A stretch of 64,000 bases of DNA. Source: Amphiscolops sp. MND2022 (taxonomy: Eukaryota). The notes beneath the pieces are model-generated. The model saw nothing but the letters and a program-made list of their open reading frames with translations. It made no database searches and was not told where the DNA came from. The position numbers were made by a program, and so were the translations under genes. Shown here piece after piece: positions 48,351 through 61,957 of the stretch. How positions within the stretch are numbered: position 1 is the first letter of the stretch; each line of letters begins with the position of its first letter. Location of the stretch: NCBI GenBank assembly GCA_964187785.1, contig OZ076415.1, positions 38,936,001 through 39,000,000 on the forward strand. Reading direction: 5' to 3'.

Positions 48351-49446
48351 TTGAATTCATGGGACGATTACATGGACGTGTCGAAGATCACCAACTTCGA
48401 GAAGGTGTCAACATCCGAGTTCTTGGCAAATTACGAGTTTGGCGACACATTGAGGGATGTCAAGAGTGGCGAAGCGCGAGAATTTTGTCATCATTGCCGT
48501 GATTTTTATCGGTCGGCTCATAGATGTAATCCTGTCCCAGCACTGCGTGTCTTCGGACTTTATGAGCAATCTTTATTGTTTTTCTACACAGTTGTTGATA
48601 GAAGGCGGTAAGGAGTACATCTTTGAGCACTTCAACAGTTTGATGCCAGTTTTGGAACGATGCAAAGTAGTGAGTAATGTCGAGGCAAAGTCTGAAATTG
48701 AAACGTTTCCAACCTTCGTGGTTGATATCCGTTCCCGTCATGTCAGCATTGATCAGAAAGCTGAAGGAGTCATTGATATAGTATCATTTTTATTGGCAGA
48801 CTACAGTTTTTTGGCCCGGAAGAACTTTTACCGTGTAATCAAATTATGTTGTCCGGTGGTGGTGAAGCCTCGCCGTTAGTATCTTGCCGTTGATATCGGC
48901 TTGGGTGTGTACTGTTCCCGAACTTGTGGTAACACCGAGTATTCGTGGTGTGCAGAGTTGCGTGTTATCTGCAAATTACAAGCAGAAAGCTTTCTTTACT
49001 AAGCACACCATGGAAAGTATTCGTGTTGCAATTGCAGGGTCATGCACCTTCATGACCTTGATTGATTTTGATCCCTGGGAGAGACTTTGCTGAGGAGGAC
49101 ACAGAGTGGTTTTGTGGAGCGATACACGACTTTATTCGTTGTCTATTTGGCGCCAAAGAAAGATGCGTCCTATGATCGTCTTCGTTCTTTAAACCAACGT
49201 GGTTGTCAATCCCAGTCTGGTGATGATACTGGTTTTACTTCCGTGACGTGTGGGGAGAGTCGTGGGTGTTCTGTTTTCGGTGGGAGTGGTTGTCCTAGTA
49301 AAGAGAAGAAATACAGTAGTGTAGCTTCATTGCTTGGTTGGAAGAGGGAGGACAAGGAGAGTTTGAAACCAGTTGCGAAGAAGAGTAATAAAGCGTCTGG
49401 GAAGTCTGCCAGTAATGGTGCTGGGTCTAGTTCAAAAAGGCGATAA
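48351..49446 (+). pseudogene. Antisense ORF of unknown function in Gypsy B copy 1 (5'-truncated, disrupted)
   Basis: ORFs 48351..48611, 48457..48879, 48884..49093 and 49087..49446 join into one protein ending in the same basic tail (...SKRR). Confidence 0.65.
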
Positions 49447-52400
49447 ACTTTGTAGTTGTACTGAATCGGAAACATTGTTTTTATGTACATTTTTTTGTTG
49501 TCATTTGTATCCGTCCCCGTGCAGTTTATCGTTTTGCTTTGAAAAGGTGAGGTTCCATAAAAATTGAACTGAAAAGAAAAGGAACCGTGAATAATTGAAG
49601 AAGAAATTCCAGGCCGTAGTACGCCTGAATTAGAAAATAGTCAGATCGGTTCGATCTGGACTCCTGATCTTGTCTTTTCAATTCAGTCGAAGTCATAGCG
49701 TCAAGTTGTCTGAAGTCTGGATTACCACTAGGCTTAGGATTAGGTCGTAAGTTATTTTTTGCTACTTTGCGTGGGTTGTAGCCCACTCCCGTAGCCGGTG
49801 GTTTTGGGGCAATAAGTGGACTAACAACGGGTGGGGTGTCAGTAGTGGTGAGGTTTAAAAAATCTGGCAATGGTGGTTCCATACTGTCTGTATTTTCAGT
49901 TGATCCGGTTCTAATTTCTTGAGTTTCAGTTTCATCAGCAGTATTCGTTGGTTTTGTCGTTGTATTTTTGTCGGGTTGGTTGCCAAAATAAATCTCCTAT
50001 GATGTGGCGTACCATTCATTGTGTGGTGTTTTGACGTGTGTGGATTTGGGAAATATTCGTTTGATTGTACTGTCACGTCGAGCATGCGTTGTTCTGACAC
50101 GTATGGGCGTAATCGTATTCTGTGTAAAGTTTGCGTGAATCTCGTCTCTATTTTCCGGATTGTATACTTATTACTTGACAGTACACTTACTACTATTTAC
50201 TGTCCCGTCCAGATGCAATCTTGAGAGGCAAAATTGTCGACTGGTTGTCAGCGTTCGGGTTGAGGTTATAGCAGTAGTCATTTATCTTGAGCGGAGCTGC
50301 AGACGCTTTGCGATCATAATGTTTCTTGTACTTGAGGTGATACAGCATGATGTTGTCCTTTGCTGTCACACGAACTTCGTCAATTTGCTTTTGTAGTTGT
50401 TCTGGTATGTCCGAAGTAGGTTATTTTTTCATTTTGGTTTAATGCCTGAGTTTAGGTCAAGTACATTGTAGGGTATTCGTCCATTGAATACCGTGGATGG
50501 GTCGCCGCCCAGAGTTTCGTGGTATGTTGAATGGTGAATCATTACTGCGATTTGGACATTTTTGTGCCACATTGAACGTCTTTCTTCCGTCGATAATTTC
50601 CATGCTGTTCTGATGGAGGCATGTGTTCATTTCAGTTTTCCAATTGTCTGCGCGTGCTTAATAGACGCGTGACTGATTTGTTTTTACAGTATTTCTACTA
50701 TTTCTGCGAGAATTTCTCAGCGAAATTGCGATCCTTTGTCTGATAGTCCTAATGTTGGCCAATGTGCATGTCTAGTCATGACGTCGACAATGCATCGTCC
50801 GATAAAGCTTGCTATCGCGTTTTCAGTTGAATAAGCGAAAAGAAATCGCGAAAAGACATCTATCATTGTTATGATATTTTGGTAACCTGCAAAACTTGGT
50901 AGATTTGGTATTATATTTATTTCCAGAAAGTCTTCTGGTCCCAAGACATGTTCTGTATTGTTGATAATTGTTAGTCTGATTTGGCTATAACTTATTCTTC
51001 TTTTGTTTTTAATGCAGTCTTTACAATTCAGTACCCATTGTCTGATTCTTTCTGCTATTCCTGCGTTATAATATTTTGACCTGCATTCTTGTATCATCTT
51101 TGTTATTTCAGGATGTTTCCCCATTTGTCCATGTATTGCCCTCAGGAGTTCGGTTATCAGATGTTCGGGGATTAATATTTGGTGATGTGTGACTTGCCAC
51201 ATTACCCGTAGTATTTCCGCATTTGTATTCTGTCCTAGACGATTAGTCTGTCCTCGTGGAAGGGTTTGAAGCTGGTGTTTATCTTATTCTTCACTCACTT
51301 ATCATTTTTCGTTTGATTGTCTTGAAGATTAAGGCTGTATCTTGTTTGACTCTAATACATGCATCTCTTTTTATAGCACCAAAGGTATATGACGCCTTGT
51401 TTATTGGGACTGGGGCTGTTTCTTTGATTGTCATTTTATTTTTTGTCGTCTCCCCGTTGCGTGCGTTTTGTCTCGCTTGTTCTTTTTCTAGTAAAATTTC
51501 TTCTTCAGTCTCGATTGTTTCTTCTGGAAGGAAGAAAAGTTGTTCTCCGTCTGCGACGTCTGTAGACTGTAGGTTGACTTTTATCGGTCTGATAGTTAAG
51601 TCTTCTTTGATTTTGAGTGCAATTTAGGTCAATTCTTGACAAAATGTCGGCTGCTAATTTTGCGTTTCTGCTACATGCATTATATGAAAATTGAATTGCA
51701 GAACAAAATCGCACGCGTTCCATAGTATGGGAGGGATCGCTTTAGTTTCAAAAAAACGTGTCACCAACCTCTTGTCGGTCATTACAAGCGTTGACAGAGT
51801 TGTTTCCCACAAAACATAACTGTGTTCTAAAAGGCATGGTAAATTGCTAACAATTCTTTGCACTAGACTGACATCTTTAATTGAGCGGGCGGAAACACCA
51901 TGCTGGCACCCGTCATTAGGACGTATTGTCGTCCTGTGATTGTTTGTTTGAGAGCCAATCCGCGTGCTTCTGCTAGTGCTGTGTTGATCACTTTGTAATT
52001 GTCGGTAGCTCCTCTGATATTCTGATTGTTTGTTTGCTTTCAGGAGCTTGAAGAAACCGAGTAGTTCCTTAGATAGTCGCGGGATGTAGTTGCGGTAATG
52101 ATTGACAAATCCGATATATCTTTGAACTTGCTTTTTTGATTTGGGAAATCTCACGTTTGCTAGAATTTTTTTTGATTTTTTGGTCTTCAGGCGCTACTCC
52201 TTCAAGCGTGATTGTTCTGCCTAGAAACTCGGTGACTCCAAAGTGGAATTTGTCCATGGTGAGTTTGAGTCTTGCTTTCCTGAAACACTCGATTACTGCG
52301 CGTAAGTTGCGTGTCAATTGCTTCACTGAGATGGCAGCTATTCTAATGCCGTCAAGATATTGCGCGCATTGCTCAGCTTTGATTACTTTGTCTATGTGTA

Positions 52401-53198
52401 TGTCCCCATGTTTAACTGGATATCATCTGTGGCGATAGGTTTCTCCAGTTGTGCATTCGCGCATTCGGCTTTGAAGGGTGGTTGGGGGTATTCTCTGATG
52501 ACAGAGTTCTCGCTGTTCTTTTTGATCATATTATAGTCTGACCAAGACATGGCCTTGATGAATGCCCCTGAATCGACTAATCCGTCCATCGCTATTTCTC
52601 CGAATTCAAATGGTAGATAGAGCATTCTCCTTGGTTTTTTCAGTACTACTGTTGAATATTGGGGTAGGCAAGTGTCTCTGTCCTTTTCGATAATGTATTT
52701 TCTGATGGTGTTGAGTGATTCGGGGAGATCGTCCGGGAAGCATTACAAAGTTGCACTGGTGGAGCCTGTGTGTGCTTCCGAAGGCGATCGTGACGGAGAT
52801 TGTTCGTCATGAGCGTTCTCAAGTTGGGTGTTTGGTGGTTCCGTGTCATCACTCTTGAAGGTGGAGGAGGATTGGTCAAGTTGGTCTTATCCATTGTTAC
52901 CAATCTGTTGGTCGTCATTGTCAGAGCATTTGATCCTCCGTGGTTGAGATGGGCTATGGTCTTTTGGTTGTCATATAATGCTCTTTGGATTCATTATTCC
53001 ATGTGGGATATTTTTTATTGCTGTTCGTTTTTTGTATTATGTCTTTTTATTGCGGCGATCTGTTGTCGTCGCTGCCAATCGTCTGATGGTCCTGCATTGC
53101 AGGTGGTGGCAGAATTTTGCGCGCGTTTCGTGGAGGGTCTTCTATTGAGTACGACCTCGCGTTTACTGTTTCCCTCAAGCACGGGCGCGGCAAGATTA

Positions 53199-53205
53199 CT
53201 TTTTT
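53199..53205 (-). promoter_or_regulatory. -1 slippery heptamer A AAA AAG at the Gypsy B gag stop
   Basis: TCA AAA AAG TAA in the gag frame; the -1 frame stays open for about 50 codons; GC-rich sequence follows. Confidence 0.65.
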
Positions 53206-55366
53206 GATTCGTCAGATGTGTTCGATGCCGTAGGTTTGACGATGTTTTCCGATTGGTGCTGAGTTTGGTTGTTGCGCTTTGGTCGCGGATCGTTGGCAGC
53301 ATTGGCTCCATTTCAACAACCTTCCCTTTTGTGGGGTTTGCCGCATGTGTTACATTTTGGTCTACTGCCTGCGTCGTTGTTATTGGGTCCAATATTCCGT
53401 CTCGTTTGTTGCCACTTATCGCGTTTCATCTTTCTGCATTCTGCCTTGAAATAGCCAAATTTATTGCAGTAGAAACAATGCCCCTTTTCGGTTCCTTCAC
53501 TTCTATTTTCTGTAGGTTCCGTTCTTTTTGGGTCTGAGCTTGTTCGATCTTATTCAGAGGAACGAGGTTAATTTCGTCTGGTGCTTAATTTCGTAGTAAG
53601 GAGTGGAAGTAGTTAATCTTTTGTATTTTTGTGAGATGTGGGTAGATCTTAATGTTATCGCGGAAAAGGTCCTCGAATAGCTCGAATTTTTCTGTTTTCC
53701 CGTCAAACGTTGGGAGCGACGCTGTTAGTGGCATGGGTAACGTAGTGGGGTCTGTCCTATCCGGTGCGAAGAGCGACTTGGCGACTACGTGACGCTCTTT
53801 GGACGCTGGTTGACATTGTGACTTTGTTTTCGTCTTCTTTGGTTGGCTGGTGGAGTCGTTTAAAACTCCGGTCACCATGTTACGACTTGTATCTGGGTCG
53901 TTACTTTGGGTAGAGTTTGTCCTCACCAATTTTGTAGGAGTATAGAAACTTCTGGTTTCATTCATAGAGTCATTTTCATCTTTTTCTCTTGCATTTTCTC
54001 CTATTTTAGCTTTTAACAGCTACAGCATCCTTTCATGGGATTCAACCAGAAGTTATTTTTTCACAGAAGATATTTCCTGTTTCAACGAAGTTCTCAAATT
54101 TTCTAACACACTATGTTCAATCCTGGCAATCCTGGGGGATTTGGCACTGGAAGGTCCCGCAACTAACACTTCTTGGTCCGGAAGACCAGAGTTTCCTATA
54201 GCAACTGGAGAAATTAAACCCTCACTTACGTCCCAGGCTATCCTGATCGTTGTTCTTCCTTTTCTGGCTTCTTGGTTTAGACATCTTGATAAAAAGAGTT
54301 TATTATTTGTTTTCCAAAGAGTTTTGATTATTTGCTTTTGGCAAAGACAAGTCGAAAGCTACAAAGTGTCAGATATACGTCAACACCACCGGGAATCCTT
54401 AAACTTTCCACCAATAATTATCCTACAATTTTCTGTATTTTTGTTGAGAAATCATCATGATCCCCGACTTGCGTCAACATTTTGTCAAATTTTAGGACGC
54501 GAAAACTCTAATCCGGTATTAGTCATCGAACATGATCATATCATTTCATTTCGGTGTCCTTTTGTTTCCTCCCAAGCAGGAAGTAGATTTCACTTCAGTC
54601 TGTCAAACCGGGAATATTTTCCTGTTTTACTGCTTTGGTTCGTAGGAAATTGACGCTGACATGAACAATTATTACCTGATTTTGAACTTTTGACTTGAAT
54701 TGAAATGATGGCTAGTCTCTTTTGTTTGAAATACTTGGAGATGCTAGGAGAATAGAAAGGCTGATTTACGAATGCAAGCACTCAAATATTTAGTTTAAAC
54801 CATCATTTTCATCCATTATTACTTTAGTCAAGTAATATTTGACGATGCATCAACGCTAATTAGTTTCAAGTGAAGCAATAATTTTTTTTCGAGCACGATC
54901 GGGAGAAAAACTTATACCGCATGTTTCCATGAAGAGTTACCCCTCTCGTAGAGGCCTCAAACAATCTCCGAAGAAATTGCCGGAAAAGCAACCTCAGTAT
55001 CCCTTTCGGCATCGGTTTGAGTTGAGTTAGGTAACTGTGCATTAGTAACTAATCATTTTTACATTCACGGGCTGTGACACCTGTTTTATTTTTTGACCAA
55101 AAGATTGTGACGTTATGATGATATAAGTAAAAAAGATGGTCATGTTGCTAGAAGTAACACTCTCATTTGAGAAGAGACCCTTGAAAAGTGTCTTCTTCCA
55201 CAATTATTCAACAAAAACACTCGTACAAGACAGTCACTCCTAATTTGCCAAACAATCGCACAGTTTCTATATTTTACAGTTTTTCTTTCGGTATAATATC
55301 GCCAATTTCATTTCACCCTATTTCTTTGAAATTCAAAAAACTCCGCGCCTATAACTGGTTTCACTA

Positions 55367-55852
55367 TGGTAAATAAAAGAAATAGACGCTCAAGGATACT
55401 AGAATCCCAGTCTTCAGACAGACAAAAATACCTCAGAAAAAAGCTTCACACAAGGGAATACGGCTTTAGTTGATCTTTCTCAGAATGTTAACAAAATCGT
55501 TGACAGGAACGTAGGTAGTGAACTAACAAAACCCTCACAAACTAGCAACGAGATAGAATTATTCTCTCGAACATTCGCTGAATAAAACAACACTAAAAAG
55601 TCACAGATTGAAGAACAAATGAAAGGCAAAGTTGAACAAATACTTCGAGAAATCAGTGCAAATAAAAACAATAACTTAACAACTGATGAAGAGGATGTCG
55701 AGAATAAAAGGCCTGGTCCTCCTAAGTCCGAAAACAAACTTCTCAGGAGAAAACACGTATCAAACATTGAAATCTATGAAAACAGAACTCATGATAATCG
55801 GTTTCCGTCTTCAGCCATGGACAATTTAGGACAACCTGCGCGACTCTTTTGA
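55367..55852 (+). pseudogene. Gag-like N-terminal fragment of another Gypsy-type element, opposite orientation
   Basis: MVNKRNRRSRILESQS...MKGKVEQILREIS...NKRPGP; basic/coiled-coil composition like the family B Gag start; internal stop. No diagnostic motif. Confidence 0.4.
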
Positions 55853-57252
55853 GAGTCGTAAATGAGACTTTAGATGAAACCATCATAATAAACGAAAATA
55901 GTCCGGAAGCCTATTATCACAGACTGAATTTCGTTCTTGAATACTACGATAGGCCTACTAACTAGTTGAAACAGCACATCTCCTAATAAAGTAAGAACTC
56001 GGAATCTCAAAGAAAAGAATAGAGACTAGAGTTTTTGCAAAAACTCGATTGCCACAAAAAAATTTAGAACTTGAGACCCGAACTGCAAAACTGTCGTTTT
56101 CTGTCTATTTGACTGATTTGTTTTAATTCAATTATAATTTCCATTGCGATTCTTTGATGAAGTACAGTAAGTTTTTAAGATGAAGAGAAAGCGTGAATAC
56201 GTTTTCCACGTTTTTTGGAGGTTTAGGATCATTCTGTACCCTCTTTTGCTGCTTCCTAATCTTTAAAGAAGTTCTGTAAACTGTTTGAAAGTTTTTCCAA
56301 GTACATGGATATGCTTTGAGCATTTTAGAAACTGCTTCGAAGCTTCGCAAAATTTTTCCATGCATTGGTCCCATGTTTTTCCATGTTTTTTTAAAAAATT
56401 AGCCTGCATGCTCGAATGCAACATGCAAAACTTGTCGGCAGATTCGACTAGGGTTTGATAGGAAAAAGAGCGACTTTGTTTATTAAGCACCCTCTCTCGG
56501 AATTCAAACTTTCGCGTACTCGCTAATTCTACTTTTTTTACAAAAGTTGTCCACAAAGCTAGGCAGTGTTAGAGTGGGTTAGAAGTGACTCAAAGCTTGG
56601 AATGTACCAGAATTGCTCTCAATTACAGATTGTACGAACTGATTGAAACAATTCAAATGGACCAAAAGGGAAGTTCGAACCTACATCAACAATCTAATCA
56701 ACAAGAGTCTTGTAATGATCCGTCATACATTATTTACCGAATGAAACTTTAATTAATCATTTTCGTGAACTTTGAACAGAGTTTGTTTATGAGAACGACT
56801 TCCGCGTCAACTTACCTCAGAATCAGAGTTAAAATCAGGAGTTGCTCTCGTGTTTCTTATTTCTTCTATTCTATCAGAATTCTTCAGCTGCATACAGTAA
56901 TACTTCATCTCCTGTGGAAACTACGGTTTGTAGGGTTTTCCCCTTTTGGAAAAATAGCATGTTATTTTAGATCATACTAACTGTGGAACTTTGACTGAAC
57001 ACAGATACAGTTTGTTTCCGTCAAATTTTCTTTAATAGGACGTTTTTTAATTGTTGAATATCGAAAACACTGATATGATTAGATCTTTGGGTTATATAAA
57101 ATCAGACAAACTTTTAAGGATTCAAAAATTGTTATGAAAGTATATTTCACTTTGAGACGCCAAAAAGAAAAACTATTCCGGTGGGTTACTGAATTTCAGA
57201 TGTACATCGAGCAGCTGTTTTCTACCATTTCAGATTTTCAATTGATTTTTCG

Positions 57253-60200
57253 CAAAACATCTTGAATAGAATTTAGGAGAAAGAGCTTTTGAATAAATAT
57301 ACATGAAGCAACGTATATTATTTCGTATCTTTGTCTCTGGAAACATTCAATCACTGAAATAAATTCAGCAAACGAAGAAATGAAAGTTTGGAAATTATTC
57401 ATTTGTACCAACTCAGTGAATCGAGGGTGAAAAAAACGAAAGTTCGACCTTCGCAAGACTGAAGTGAAGGGTATTTCTGATACAAGAAACGTACATATCA
57501 AGGACTCCAAAATTGAAATATTCAGTTGAATTCTTCTACGGAAAATGAATCCAAAATTAGGTTGCATGATGTAATTGAGATATCCACTTTTTATTTATTT
57601 TTATACAAGACGCCCGCTGAGCAGCGAGATATTTTCCGCCCCAAACTGTTCTACAGCTACATAAATTTGAGGCTCAAGAATAGCCAATGCACTATGAAAG
57701 TTCGAATTCAAGAGCTTTGATTCATCTTAGCCCATTTTTTTAATGAAACACCTAACTTATTATTTCTGCGATGGCCGGCACTTTTCTTTTTCTTCGGCAC
57801 TATGCGACTTACCGAGTAAAGAGAAATTTTTCGGGAATTTTTTTCAAAACACTTTTCGAAAAAGTTTTTTTGGCAATTTTTAGTTTTTGAGGATTTCTGT
57901 AAAGGAAAAAGATCTCCCGAGTCTTGAGGTTGACCTCTTTGTTACTTTTGATCATGTGGAACTGATGAGTTTTCTTTTTGATCGTGGAAAATACCTCATT
58001 TCAGTTTTTTCGTCTCTGTGCGTCTTTCCGAAACTTTTATTAGCTTGAAGGGTACCCCCTTGTTTTCATAGCTGATTTCGGCTTGAGAAACCTAGTTTTG
58101 CAAACTTTTTCGACAATTTCAGGGTCAATTTGAGGCACTTTTTCACTATTTGAACTTATCTCTTGACGAAAGCTCACCGAAACAACAACAAAAAAATTTT
58201 GTCCTTTTCGATGTCAGTTACAGACAATTGAAAATTGAAAAACTGGATGTATCTCTTCACTAAGGATACTGGACAACACATTCTTTCCTTGTTGGCCCTT
58301 TCCAACATTCCAATCTACAAAATTAGGAAAAATGCCTAAAAACTATAAAAATTGGAAAAATTTGTGACTTTTGAAAGTTTCGGTGTAAATTTTGATCCAG
58401 AAAACTGCTATTATATCTTGATAGAAGCCTACTGAACAACGAATTTGTGCTTTGTTGAACGTTTTCAACGTTCTAATCCTCGATATCTATCAATAAATTG
58501 ACAAAAATTGCATTAAAACCACAGAAATTGGGAATATTTTGGTTTTTTGTCATTTTCGGTGTTGATTTTGTATCTTTTTAATTTAGGAAACAGCATTTAT
58601 CCCTTCATGGAATCCTACTGGCCAACGAATTTGTGGTTTGTTGATTGTTTTCAACATTCTAATCCACGATATTTATCGAAAAATTGACAAAAACTGTAAA
58701 AAACGTAAAAAAAAAACGTCTTTAAAACGAAAAAAAAATTAGAAACATTGACAAAATTTCTCATTTTTGGGGTCATTTTGGCGTCATTCTGGGGGTCCTT
58801 GGGGTCAACCCAAAAATCCAGAAATCTCCGCAAATACATATCGCACGAAGCCAACTATATGTGAGTTGAATTCTATGGGTAACACCCTTAAAGTTAAATA
58901 TAAATTTGTTGCCTGGTAAATTTAAAAAAAAACGTTTGATTTAAATATTTTCCTTTCCCATATGAAAAATTGGCGGAAAATAAAAATTATAAGAAAGTCC
59001 CTGGTGGGGATCTATTGTAACTTAGCACATCTAGAAAGCATTCCTTGCACTATTGTATACCTAAAAGATTTTTCCAATGCCAGAGGGTCCCCATTTGATG
59101 TTTGTGGTTTTTTGAAGACAAAAAAAACGTTTGTTAAGCTTAAAGACCTCATCGATTTGTTTTATGATAGGGAGATTTATGAGAATATTCGCCCGATTTG
59201 CCTAATTACGTCATGTAAACGCAGACATACTATATTACATGAGTGCTTTAAATAATATCAAGTATTGAAAGAATCCTCAGAAATTCACCAAAATCATAAG
59301 GTTCAGGCTCAATGGTGAGACTTCTAGATTTCTCTCCTAGTTCAATCTCCCTAGTTCAAGGGGAGTGTTAGTAATTCGTAAAATCATGAAAATGATAGTT
59401 CCTTTCATACCAATGTCAGAAACAGCTATAAAGCAATTATGATAATTGAAAAAACTCTAAAATTAACAGTTGGTGCTTCGCTCAAATCTTTTGGATTGCA
59501 AGATATTAGACTGATCCGAATCTGTCGATAAAAAGTTGAATAAAAAAATTTTTTGAACTATCACAAAACACTTTCTCAACATTTTCGATATAGATTTTGT
59601 TAACAAAACATCTTGAATAGAATTTAGGAGGAAGAGCTTTTGAATAAATATTCATGAAGCAACGTATATTATTTCGTATCTTTGTCTCTGGAAAAACTCA
59701 ATCACTGAAATAAATTCAGCAAACGAAGAAATGAAAGTTTGGAAATTATTCATTTGTACCAACTCAGTGAATCGAGAGGGTGAAAAAAAAACGAAAGTTC
59801 GACCTTCGCAAGACTGAAGTGAAGGGTATTTCTGATACAAGAAACGTACATATCAAGGACTCCAAAATTGAAATATTCAGTTGAATTCTTCTACGGAAAA
59901 TGAATCCAAAAATAGGTTGCATGATGTAATTGAGATATCCACGTTTCATTTATTTTTATACAAGACGCCCGCTGAGCAGCGAGATATTTTCCGCTCCAAA
60001 CTGTTCTACAGCTACATAAATTTGAGGCTCAAGAGTAGCTAATGCACTATGAAAGTTCGAATTCAAGAGCTTTGATTCATCTTAGCCCATTTTTTTAATG
60101 AAACACCTAATTTATTATTTCTGCGATAGCCGGCCACTTTTCTTTTTCTTCGGCACTATGCGACTTACCGAGTAAAGAGAAATTTTTCGGGAATTTTTTT

Positions 60201-61957
60201 CAAAACACTTTTCGTAAAATTTTTTTTGCAATTTTTAGTTTTTGAGGATTTCTGTAAAGGAAAAAGATCTCCCGAGTCTTGAGGTTGACCTCTTTGTTAC
60301 TTTTGATTATGTGGAACTGATGAGTTTTCTTTTTGATTGTGGAAAATACCTCATTTCAATTTTTTCGTCTCTGTGCGTCTTTCCGAAAATTTTATTAGCT
60401 TGAAGGGTACCCCCTTGTTTTCATAGCTGATTTCGGCTTGAGAAACGTAGTTTTGCAAACTTTTTCGACAATTTCAGGGTCAATTTGAGGCACTTTTTCA
60501 CTATTTGAACTTATCTCTTGACGAAAGCTCACCAAAACAACAACAAAAAAATTTTGTCTTTTTCGATGTCAGTTACAGACAATTGAAAATTGAAAAACTG
60601 GATGTATCTCTTCACCAAGGATACTGGACAACACATTCTTTCCTTGTTGGCCCTTTCCAACATTCCAATCTACAAAATTAGGAAAAATGCCTAAAAACTA
60701 TAAAAATTGGAAAAATTTGTGACTTTTGAAAGTTTCGGTGTAAATTTTGATCCAGAAAACTGCTATTATATCTTGATAGAAGCCTACTGAACAACGAATT
60801 TGTGCTTTGTTGAACGTTTTCAACGTTCTAATCCTCGATATCTATCAATAAATTGACAAAAATTGCATTAAAACCACAGAAATTGGGAATATTTTGGTTT
60901 TTTGTCATTTTCGGTGTTGATTTTGTATCTTTTTAATTTAGGAAACAGCATTTATCCCTTCATGGAATCCTACTGGCCAACGAATTTGTGGTTTGTTGAT
61001 TGTTTTCAACATTCTAATCCACGATATTTATCGAAAAATTGACAAAAACTGTAAAAAACGTAAAAAAAACGTCTTTAAAACGAAAAAAAAATTAGAAACA
61101 TTGACAAAATTTCTCATTTTTGGGGACATTTTGGCGTCATTCTGGGGGTCCTTGGGGTCAACCCAAAAATCCAGAAATCTCCGCAAATACATATCGCACG
61201 AAGCCAACTATATGTGAGTTGAATTCTATGGGTAACACCCTTAAAGTTAAATATAAATTTGTTGCCTGGTAAATTTAAAAAAAACGTTTGATTTAAATAT
61301 TTTCCTTTCCCATATGAAATATTGGCGGAAAATAAAAATTATAAGAAAGTCCCTGGTGGGGATCTATTGTAACTTACCACATCTAGAAAGCATTCTTTGC
61401 ACTATTGTATACCTAAAAGATTTTTCCAATGCCAGAGGGTCCCCATTTGATGTTTGTGGTTTTTTGAAGACAAAAAAAACGTTTGTTAAGCTTAAAGACC
61501 TCATCGATTTGTTTTATGATAGGGAGATTTATGAGAATATTCGCCCGATTTGCCTAATTACGTCATGTAAACGCAGACATACTATATTACATAAGTGCTT
61601 TAAATAATATCAAGTATTGAAAGAATTCCTCAGAAATTCACCAATATCGTAAGGTTCAGGCTCAATGGTGAGACTTCTAGATTTCTCTCCTAGTTCAATC
61701 TCCCTAGTTCAAGGGGAGTGTTAGGAATTCGTAAAATCATGAAAATGATAGTTCCTTTCATACCAATGTCAGAAAGAGCTATAAAGCAATTATGATAATT
61801 GAACAAACTCTAAAATTAACAGTTGGTGCTTCGCTCAAATCTTTTGGATTGCAAGATGTTAGACTGATCCGAATCTGTCGATAAAAAAGTTGACTAAAAA
61901 AATTTTTTTAACTATCACAAAACACTATCTCAACATTTTCGATATAGATTTTGTTAA
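57253..61957. repeat. Tandem duplication, ~2.35-kb unit (57253-59603 and 59604-61957), largely family X repeat
   Basis: Near-identical units starting CAAAACATCTTGAATAG and ending GATTTTGTTAA, with ~185-bp internal subrepeats. Confidence 0.95.

Larger units (their letters stand above)
48280..55080 (-). mobile_element. Gypsy family B, copy 1 (leader, gag, protease, partial RT, RNase H, integrase, antisense ORF), with internal deletions
   Basis: Gag ATG 54284 (MSKPRSQKRK); knuckles CFYCNKFGYFKAEC and CNTCGKPHKREGC; protease LVDSGA (52392..52625); RT N-half deleted near 52395; YLDG; integrase 50717..51202. Confidence 0.88.

Noticed and set aside
56132-56556. Overlapping minus-strand ORF fragments as a host gene exon
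   Set aside because: No recognisable motif or convincing splice sites.
58962-59255. 97-aa ORF repeated at 61314-61607
   Set aside because: Duplicated with the 2.35-kb unit; AT-rich, with no recognisable domain.
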